DNA of 64,000 nucleotides from a virus: IMG/VR virus record IMGVR_UViG_3300046096_000916, positions 3,012 to 67,011 of that record; one strand, 5' to 3'. Shown piece by piece: positions 57,378 to 64,000 of this stretch (position 1 is its first letter; each line of letters starts with the position of its first letter). The notes under the pieces were generated by a model. It saw only the letters and a program-made list of their open reading frames with translations, ran no database searches and was not told where the DNA came from. The position numbers and the translations under genes were made by a program.

Positions 57378-57752
57378 TTAAAGAATAGTTTGCCAATTAA
57401 TCGTTTGTATTACATTATCAACCCAAGTGTAGCTAGGTTGTTTAGATGTGCCAAGATAAATTAAACTAGCGTAAGAGGTATTCCAAGATGCTTTAAATAT
57501 GATTGTATTACCTTCAATAGTTACATCTTTATTGAAACTATCTCTTAAGTCACCACTATCTACCACGTCTCTAGGACTTTGGGCAATACGTCCAGTTTTA
57601 CCTTCACCATACCTCCGCACTGTAAGTCGGGGGTATTCTCTTTTCTCTTCAATTATCTGATCTTGCATTACATCTGCTACCTTCCCAAATCCCTTAGATG
57701 CTATTCTTTGGGCTTCTGCTTTGAATTTCTGTTCATCAAAAGTAAATTTCAT
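57378..57752 (-). CDS. HK97 gp10-like tail completion/neck protein, putative
   Basis: PRDVVDSGDLRDS..W...YA.....GT motif. Confidence 0.7.
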   Translation of the reverse strand: MKFTFDEQKFKAEAQRIASKGFGKVADVMQDQIIEEKREYPRLTVRRYGEGKTGRIAQSPRDVVDSGDLRDSFNKDVTIEGNTIIFKASWNTSYASLIYLGTSKQPSYTWVDNVIQTINWQTIL

Positions 57753-58213
57753 TAAAGTCCGTTATCTCCTTTTGTTTCAAAATAACCTTGTATAGTTTGA
57801 CCAATGGCGATCGCCAAATCGATTGATTCAGTAACAGGTGTTGTAATAGCATCAGTAAAATAAAATTTACCTTCATAAGACATATTATTTTGTATCAATG
57901 TGCAATCAACTACATTAGGAATACGTCCGTTATATTCAACAGGAGTGACTAACCAACCCTCACAATATACCCTAGAGTAATTGACCCCCCCGTTACTTTG
58001 TATTGTGCTTTCTTTTCTTTTGATTAATTTAGCTTTTACTGTTTTAATCGTTTCGGTCTCTAAAGTATAGTTACCTGTTAATTCATCAATAATTACATTT
58101 CCACTACCTTCCTTGAAAGAAAATAGGGCATTGAATTGAATTCCAGTTACACCCTTCAAGCCCTTGCTTATACTTTTCAATTCGGTTAGTAACCCTTGAT
58201 ATGAAATTGTCAT
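57752..58213 (-). CDS. head-tail adaptor/closure protein, putative
   Basis: Beta-rich, IDELTGN motif, coupled to the gp10-like gene. Confidence 0.5.
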   Translation of the reverse strand: MTISYQGLLTELKSISKGLKGVTGIQFNALFSFKEGSGNVIIDELTGNYTLETETIKTVKAKLIKRKESTIQSNGGVNYSRVYCEGWLVTPVEYNGRIPNVVDCTLIQNNMSYEGKFYFTDAITTPVTESIDLAIAIGQTIQGYFETKGDNGL

Positions 58214-58274
58214 TATCTTTGTTTTTTATTCTCATTTTAATGTAATATGAAACTATTACAAGTATAAAACAATT

Positions 58275-58547
58275 ATGAATACAGATATATTTACACAAAA
58301 GTTAGACGAGTTTTTGTTGGGAAAAGCAGAGATGACTTGGGAATTAGAAAAAGAAGATTACCCATTTTTAATAGAACATAATCAAAAAGTTTTATTATTG
58401 ATAACTATTTCTAATGTTCTCTCTTCTTTTTATAGTTTTAGTAGTATAATGGAAACAACACATATTACAATTAATCAAATGATAACAGAGATAGGATTAA
58501 TGGCACAAGATGTGTTGATAGAAAATATAGAAAAGGATTTTGAATAA
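58275..58547 (+). CDS. hypothetical protein
   Basis: First of a coupled plus-strand run. Confidence 0.55.
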   Translation: MNTDIFTQKLDEFLLGKAEMTWELEKEDYPFLIEHNQKVLLLITISNVLSSFYSFSSIMETTHITINQMITEIGLMAQDVLIENIEKDFE

Positions 58548-58744
58548 TGGATTTAAAAACTTTATTAGAAGGGAAAGGCGTAAACAACATAGAAGCAAGT
58601 AAACACTATGTAAAAACAGAGTTTGCAACTATAGAATCGAGAGAGGATAAAGATGGTGTATTAAGTTTAAATGTGCAATTAAAAGATTTAAGCGAGGTAA
58701 ATGTAAACGATATTTTAGAAGTATTAAAAGATTACTTAAGATGA
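58547..58744 (+). CDS. hypothetical protein
   Basis: TAATG coupling. Confidence 0.55.
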   Translation: MDLKTLLEGKGVNNIEASKHYVKTEFATIESREDKDGVLSLNVQLKDLSEVNVNDILEVLKDYLR

Positions 58745-59277
58745 AGTTATATCTGGTAAGAAAAGCAATGAACTTACTAAGTGAAAAAGTAAGTTATGAT
58801 ACTCCTGTGTATATTTCAAAAAAATATTTATTTGCAGGGTTTAATAAAAGAAACGATGGTTATTTAATACCACAAGTAAAAAAAGATACGGGAGAATGGT
58901 ATCACTCTAATTTAATAGCATTATTAAATAAATTAAATACGATCGCAAAATTAGAAAAAGATTATTATAATTATGAATTGGTATTCCCAAAAATAGAACC
59001 GTACGTTCCAGCAAAATTCATTTATGACAGAATCGATGACGTAATCTTTTTAGAAGAAGATAAATACCCTTTTTCTAATGGACAATTTAAGAGGTTCTGT
59101 CAATTTTATAATATAGGGGAAGAGGATCAGCTGATATTGGAAGATTTTATATCAAAAAAAATAACTAAAATTAATCAACGATTAGAAAAAGTTTTAGTTG
59201 AATTACTTAAACAAAAGATAAATACAGAAAATCAATATTTGATAGCATTAACAATAACCAGAATTAATAAATTTTAA
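58741..59277 (+). CDS. hypothetical protein
   Basis: ATGA coupling. Confidence 0.6.
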   Translation: MKLYLVRKAMNLLSEKVSYDTPVYISKKYLFAGFNKRNDGYLIPQVKKDTGEWYHSNLIALLNKLNTIAKLEKDYYNYELVFPKIEPYVPAKFIYDRIDDVIFLEEDKYPFSNGQFKRFCQFYNIGEEDQLILEDFISKKITKINQRLEKVLVELLKQKINTENQYLIALTITRINKF

Positions 59278-59278
59278 A

Positions 59279-59506
59279 ATGTTACCAACTCAATATAAGC
59301 GCAATTTATTTTTATCTTTTCTCTTTGCAATCGGATTTATTATAGCTCATAGTCACCCTTTTTTATTGACTTTAAGTTTGATTACCTTATGCTACAACTT
59401 CTTTAAAGTTGTCTATAGTTATCGTCAAACTGAAATAGAAGCTGAGGCGATAAAAAAATATTTGAAAGATAAATGGGTAAACAATGCAAAAAAAACAAAT
59501 ATTTAA
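59279..59506 (+). CDS. small two-helix membrane protein
   Basis: Two hydrophobic helices and a basic tail. Confidence 0.5.
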   Translation: MLPTQYKRNLFLSFLFAIGFIIAHSHPFLLTLSLITLCYNFFKVVYSYRQTEIEAEAIKKYLKDKWVNNAKKTNI

Positions 59507-59547
59507 CCATGTTAAAATAGAAATAGCAATAATTCTTAATATTTAAA

Positions 59548-59862
59548 ATGAGCCCTGAATTAATCGTGACAATAATAGTAGGATTACTAACGATATTCGG
59601 TATTCCTATATTTAACTATTTGAATACCACAAAACAAACGATGATCAAAAATGATATTATGACTGTTTTGTCAAGTGATACCAATAAGATAAAAGAAGGT
59701 ATCAAAGAGAATGCCTCTAACTTAAGAGCCAGTAAAACTGAGATAAGAATATATCTGAAAAATATAGAAAAAAGAATTGATGGGATTGAACGTTATTTAG
59801 AAAAAATAAATGGGTTCGTCCCTTCTAGTGGTGATACTCATAGTGAACGCAGTCAAGATTAA
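59548..59862 (+). CDS. transmembrane + coiled-coil protein (holin-like)
   Basis: N-terminal hydrophobic helix, C-terminal heptads. Confidence 0.5.
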   Translation: MSPELIVTIIVGLLTIFGIPIFNYLNTTKQTMIKNDIMTVLSSDTNKIKEGIKENASNLRASKTEIRIYLKNIEKRIDGIERYLEKINGFVPSSGDTHSERSQD

Positions 59863-61328
59863 TCTTCCTCAATCGCTTCTAAGTCTTCTAAATCTATATC
59901 ATAATAACTGTTTGGCAACAACTCTAAATTTCCTGTCACTATAAACTTTTCTACCTCCTGAGCGTCTTTTTTCTTTTCTGTCTCACCTGTTTCAGTAGTA
60001 GTTAATTCAGCTTCAGGTATTGGTAATGCTTCGGGTTCTTGTACGGTATTTTCTTTTTTAATTTCACTTAACATAATTTTAGTATCAGGGTTGTCAAATA
60101 CTGACATTCTAACCTCTTCAGATGTCAAGACACCATTAGAAATGTATCTATCTAGCGTTACTGATTCTTTATCTTCCATTTCTAATTTTTCAAATTCGGT
60201 AGGGGAATAAGTGCTTAACCATTCCCATTTTCTGTTACTTTTTTTGATGTTGTACGGGGCTAAAATTAAATCTAATTGTGTATCTATCAACTTACCCCAT
60301 TTATCCTCTTGTAACGATAAAATACGATTAGCAGATGATAATCTTTCTTCTTTACTATTAGCTTTAATCTGATCTTTTTCTTTATAAAATTCACCAGGAT
60401 CAATGCCCGATGCTCCGATCATTTCTCTTAATGCAATATCTACTATTTTTTCTACATTGCTAAAATTTCTACTTAATATCTGTACTTCTTCAGTATCTTT
60501 ATCCATCCATAAACCACGCTGACTACTTGCGTCAGTACTTACTTCTTTTGCTCTTTGTTTTATTGCCCTATACCCATTTTCACTTGCTGCTAACTTCTCG
60601 TTTAAATCTTGTATCTTGACAATCATTATCTCAAAATCTTTTAATGCCTCTGTTACATACTGATAACCCGCTAAATAATTTTTTAAAGGATTAAGGAAAG
60701 GTTGTAATATTGAATCTTCCCACCCTTGATTTAATATCTGTTCATAAGGAGGTAATCGTTTGCCCCTAAATCTTAATATTCTATCTTTATGGATTAACGT
60801 ATTGTTAGGAATTTTCTTGTCATTTGAGTAACTCAATAAACTGTAATATTCAGGCTCATACGGCTCATTATTTGTATAACTTCTCGGATCAATGATCATT
60901 TCCCATCTATCAAAAATTCTTGAGTAACCTTCAAAGGATTTTATCTTATCTAAATTCACAGGATCATATAATTCGCCGCCATCTTCAATATAAATTACTG
61001 CCATTGCTGATCCATAAAGATTGGCTATTTTTTGCCCCTCTCTAAAAATATTTCTTAGATTATCCGTTACTTCATTTATCTCATTTTGAATTTTCCTATT
61101 TCTTTTTAGCGTAAGTTTCCCCCATTCTTTTGTCATCTCGCTAGGAAAATAATCTACTACTTTTTGCACCTGCCATAACGTCCGATATAACAATGAAAAA
61201 CCATCTCTATTCTCTGGATTGTTTGGCAAATTCAAGTTAAAAAACGTATTTTTTAATGAACTATATTCCGTTCCCAAACCACTATGAGAATTATATAAAC
61301 TATCTTGATTTAATTTAATTATCTTCAT
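59859..61328 (-). CDS. phage portal protein (DUF1073 type)
   Basis: LY...W..QKVVD..P.EMTKEW, NLYGSA, IHKDRILRFRG..LP....NQGW..SILQ, Y..NGVLTSEEVR. Confidence 0.85.
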   Translation of the reverse strand: MKIIKLNQDSLYNSHSGLGTEYSSLKNTFFNLNLPNNPENRDGFSLLYRTLWQVQKVVDYFPSEMTKEWGKLTLKRNRKIQNEINEVTDNLRNIFREGQKIANLYGSAMAVIYIEDGGELYDPVNLDKIKSFEGYSRIFDRWEMIIDPRSYTNNEPYEPEYYSLLSYSNDKKIPNNTLIHKDRILRFRGKRLPPYEQILNQGWEDSILQPFLNPLKNYLAGYQYVTEALKDFEIMIVKIQDLNEKLAASENGYRAIKQRAKEVSTDASSQRGLWMDKDTEEVQILSRNFSNVEKIVDIALREMIGASGIDPGEFYKEKDQIKANSKEERLSSANRILSLQEDKWGKLIDTQLDLILAPYNIKKSNRKWEWLSTYSPTEFEKLEMEDKESVTLDRYISNGVLTSEEVRMSVFDNPDTKIMLSEIKKENTVQEPEALPIPEAELTTTETGETEKKKDAQEVEKFIVTGNLELLPNSYYDIDLEDLEAIEED

Positions 61329-61462
61329 TCTTTTTATTTTCTCTTTTTTCTCATTATATCTTTTTTCTACTTGGCGATCGCCTTTTTTCTTTTATAGATA
61401 AAAATCATAGATTTTTATGATTACTTATACATAAAAGTCAATTGACAATTAATAACTTTTCT

Positions 61463-61488
61463 TTATAGCTTGATTAATCAAGCTATAA
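61463..61488. repeat. perfect 26-bp palindrome
   Basis: TTATAGCTTGATTAATCAAGCTATAA equals its own reverse complement. Confidence 0.9.
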
Positions 61489-61562
61489 GTTTTTTTTAGA
61501 TTTATGTCTTAATAACTATAGACAAAACTCTATGATTAATTAGACTTACCATAGAGAAAAGC

Positions 61563-61859
61563 CAATTGACGAGTTTCTATCGATAGACTACCTAACGCTA
61601 GACTACCTATCGATTGGTTGCCTATCGATAGAATTTTAATAGACATAATTATAACTAAATCAATTAAGATCAAAAAAACAAAAATCAATCAACTTACGCA
61701 AAATGATTTTTTTGTTTTTTTTTGATTAAAGAGAGCAACTAAAGGAATAGTTAATTATTCTCTTTATTGATGTTTATTTAGCTAAATAAAGCCATTTAGA
61801 CAAGTAAATGATTAATCATACTTAAAGAGAATCAATAAGGTTAAATTGATTAATTATGA
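61563..61859. repeat. non-coding repeat copy 3
   Basis: Diverged direct copy of 43354-43650. Confidence 0.9.
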
Positions 61860-62113
61860 ATGTATAGATCAAATGAGAGGTCGTATAGTGTGAGTGCAAG
61901 TGGCGATAGAGTTAAATCAAGATTACATTGAGGAGCAATAAAGAGAATTTAAAAACGATACAATCTACATTGATTTAATTATTCTCTTTATTGCTGTTTA
62001 AATGCTCATCAATGGTTTTATTTTAGTTTGATTGAGATTTATCAATAAAACTAAAATAACTAGGCTATCTTGATAGAAAAACCTAGTTATTTTTAAGTAT
62101 ATTTAATCAAATG

Positions 62114-62398
62114 TTAAAAATGAACTTGACATTTAAAAAGACTGTAATCATTAATAATGCCTATTGCTTCTTTGGTGTTTGCATCAATCAATAAATTCTT
62201 TTTAAAATTGTGCGTGTGCAATAAAATAACATTTCTTGGAAGTTGATCTGGTTTATCACAATTTAAAATTGATATTTTTTCTTGGTGATCTCTTACATGT
62301 TTTACTTTGAAACTTTTGGTAATAAAAAAGTCATAAACTTTTGTAACTAAAAAAGGACAATCTACGAAATCGGAGTCAAGACATACTGAAATATTCAT
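62114..62398 (-). CDS. hypothetical protein
   Basis: 94-aa ORF. Confidence 0.5.
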   Translation of the reverse strand: MNISVCLDSDFVDCPFLVTKVYDFFITKSFKVKHVRDHQEKISILNCDKPDQLPRNVILLHTHNFKKNLLIDANTKEAIGIINDYSLFKCQVHF

Positions 62399-62558
62399 TT
62401 TTTTTATTCCTGTTATTTTGTTTTTGTTGTATTTTTTAAATCTCTAGCTTTTTTTTCTTGTTTTGCTAAAATCGCTGCTAATTGCTTGTAGTATTCGTTC
62501 ATTTGTTTTTCGTAACTTTTCTCCTTATTCATTTTTTTCACTCCTGTTATTTTGTTTA

Positions 62559-62762
62559 TTAAAGATTAAATTTTCTTTGTGTACTAATAAAAATGCTGGT
62601 TGTTATCGTTCTTAAGTCTTCATTGCTTAACTCGATATTGTCTAATTCAGCTTCCGCTTTTACTGCTTTATAAGTACGAAAATAAAGATTAGCTTGTTTG
62701 CCTATATACTCATTAACTCTGTCTTTTAAAGTACTTGTCTCTGGCATTGTTACGTTATTCAT
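62559..62762 (-). CDS. small conserved protein, paralog of 7412..7621
   Basis: TLKDRVNEYIGKQANLYFRTYKAVKAEAELDNIELS.EDLRTITTSIFISTQRKFNL shared. Confidence 0.8.
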   Translation of the reverse strand: MNNVTMPETSTLKDRVNEYIGKQANLYFRTYKAVKAEAELDNIELSNEDLRTITTSIFISTQRKFNL

Positions 62763-62831
62763 AATGTCTAACTTGGTTGTTTGTACAATACTATTGTCAC
62801 CTATTTGATTTATATTGTCAATACATTTTAG

Positions 62832-62877
62832 ATTAGACTTTCTGATATAAATAGATGGATATATCAGAAAGTCTAAT
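62832..62877. terminator. 18-bp perfect inverted repeat after the KilA-N stop
   Basis: ATTAGACTTTCTGATATA-N10-TATATCAGAAAGTCTAAT. Confidence 0.55.
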
Positions 62878-62880
62878 AGA

Positions 62881-63606
62881 TTAATTAAAGAATTTAAAGA
62901 TAGCGTTTTTTACTTCCTCATTATTTTCTGGATAACAAGCAACAGGTCTCATTGTGCCATGTACTAATCTTTCTTCTTGACTAGCTAAGTGACCGCACAA
63001 TCGTTTAACATATTTACCTAGATTACAGGGTTTAATAGTTGCATCTTTAAAACCCATTGCTTCAGCTATTTCTACAACTCCACGAGGCCGATCGCCATTT
63101 AATAACTTTTCACTTGGCAAAATATCAGAAATTGCATGATCTATTAAAATCTGTGCTAATCTTGGATGCGTTTTGCTTAAGGAATTATCAATCTCGGTTA
63201 TGGTGCGGGAGGTTTCAAGTGCAACTACTCGACTTGGAATTAATGGTTGTTGCATAGGTTCAGATTTCACGTTTGAAACGGAGTAACTACCAGTTTCAAA
63301 AAATACTTTAATACATTTATTACACCAGATATGAAATTGTGGACTTATCCATTGTGCAAAGGCGATCGCAACTAAAGGATGTGCCCATGTACCTTGTTCA
63401 GATGGAATACCACCTTTATTTATTATCAAAAGTTCCGATGCTGTGATTCCAGTATCGGCTTCAAGTGCCTGAATATAGGCTTTTGAGCTTTCTAGCTGTA
63501 ACCAGTTATTAACTCTGACATTGTTAGCTTTAGCCATTTGAGTTAAGTTTACATAACCGTCCGTATCACGTTGCTGGATTTCTTGGTCTTTGTATGTTAA
63601 AATCAT
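62881..63606 (-). CDS. KilA-N domain protein, paralog of 7684..8409
   Basis: DGYVNLTQMAKAN, GTWAHPLVAIAFAQWISPQFHIWC. Confidence 0.92.
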   Translation of the reverse strand: MILTYKDQEIQQRDTDGYVNLTQMAKANNVRVNNWLQLESSKAYIQALEADTGITASELLIINKGGIPSEQGTWAHPLVAIAFAQWISPQFHIWCNKCIKVFFETGSYSVSNVKSEPMQQPLIPSRVVALETSRTITEIDNSLSKTHPRLAQILIDHAISDILPSEKLLNGDRPRGVVEIAEAMGFKDATIKPCNLGKYVKRLCGHLASQEERLVHGTMRPVACYPENNEEVKNAIFKFFN

Positions 63607-63634
63607 TATTCACTCCTGTGAAAGGTTAATTATT

Positions 63635-63704
63635 GATAGTCTCAAATGTCAGTTGAGACTATCTTTTTATAGCGATATTTAATGCCTTACGCTGTGGGCA
63701 GTTC
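63635..63704 (-). promoter_or_regulatory. KilA leader element copy C
   Basis: GAAC-TGCC-CACAGCGTAA-GGCA-TTAAATATCG, then an 11-bp stem at 63635-63663. Confidence 0.65.
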
Positions 63705-63711
63705 AGACTAT

Positions 63712-64000
63712 CTAGGCTACTAATCTTGTCTGATTAGTAAATTTACTTTCACACCAATAAATAAACTCTTCATTATTTATCCAGCTTGCTAACTCATTAA
63801 CTAATATTGGATGTATCCATAAACCACCTCCGTTTTTAGGTGAACCTAAACCTAATTCAGTTAAATTGTCCAATCCTAATTCAATCTCTAAAGTGTTGAT
63901 GTACTCTTTAGTTGATGTATAACGTAACCATTCCCAAGCTATCTTATTGAAGAGTTGACACATAACTGTAGCATTGACATAATTATCTTTGATACGGTAT
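63712..64000 (-). CDS. short KilA-N domain protein (start beyond the window end)
   Basis: Frame open to the window edge: YRIKDNYVNATVMCQLFNK...GGGLWIHPILVNELASWI. Confidence 0.8.
   Translation of the reverse strand, partial: YRIKDNYVNATVMCQLFNKIAWEWLRYTSTKEYINTLEIELGLDNLTELGLGSPKNGGGLWIHPILVNELASWINNEEFIYWCESKFTNQTRLVA

Noticed and set aside
59859-61328. Anti-CBASS Acb1 call for the DUF1073 protein
   Set aside because: Only the portal-like region is present; no 2H-phosphoesterase HxT motifs seen
1-64000. tRNA/rRNA genes, reverse transcriptase (DGR or retron), stop-codon recoding, major capsid gene
   Set aside because: None recognised; known genes are full length under the standard code

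Overview
AT-rich (about 30% GC by eye) segment of a large temperate siphovirus-like phage or prophage of a cyanobacterium, judged from at least 21 HIP1 (GCGATCGC) sites and a XisF-like serine recombinase. Virion genes: terminase, DUF1073-type portal, head-tail proteins, major tail protein, tail chaperones with a -1 frameshift, and a 5182-aa tape-measure protein carrying three peptidoglycan-hydrolase domains. Replication and nucleotide genes: DnaB, initiator, DnaN, RusA, NrdA/NrdB, ThyA, PhoH. It also has three DNA methyltransferases and an expanded KilA-N family. The modules are unusually scattered and no major capsid gene was recognised. Strongest leads: (1) a stand-alone, catalytically intact IS607-type TnpB whose predicted guide position holds 39 bp translating to GADIVMVKPALSY, the active-site motif of host HemB, suggesting a phage RNA-guided nuclease aimed at an essential host tetrapyrrole gene; (2) a KilA-N gene split into halves on opposite strands that rejoin in frame if a 3.8-kb segment inverts at a 15-bp inverted repeat; (3) a covarying hairpin leader upstream of three KilA-N starts; (4) three copies of a non-coding repeat with phased CTATCGATAG palindromes; (5) a tiny phage-encoded PEP-CTERM protein. 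All assignments come from motifs recognised by eye; no database searches were run.
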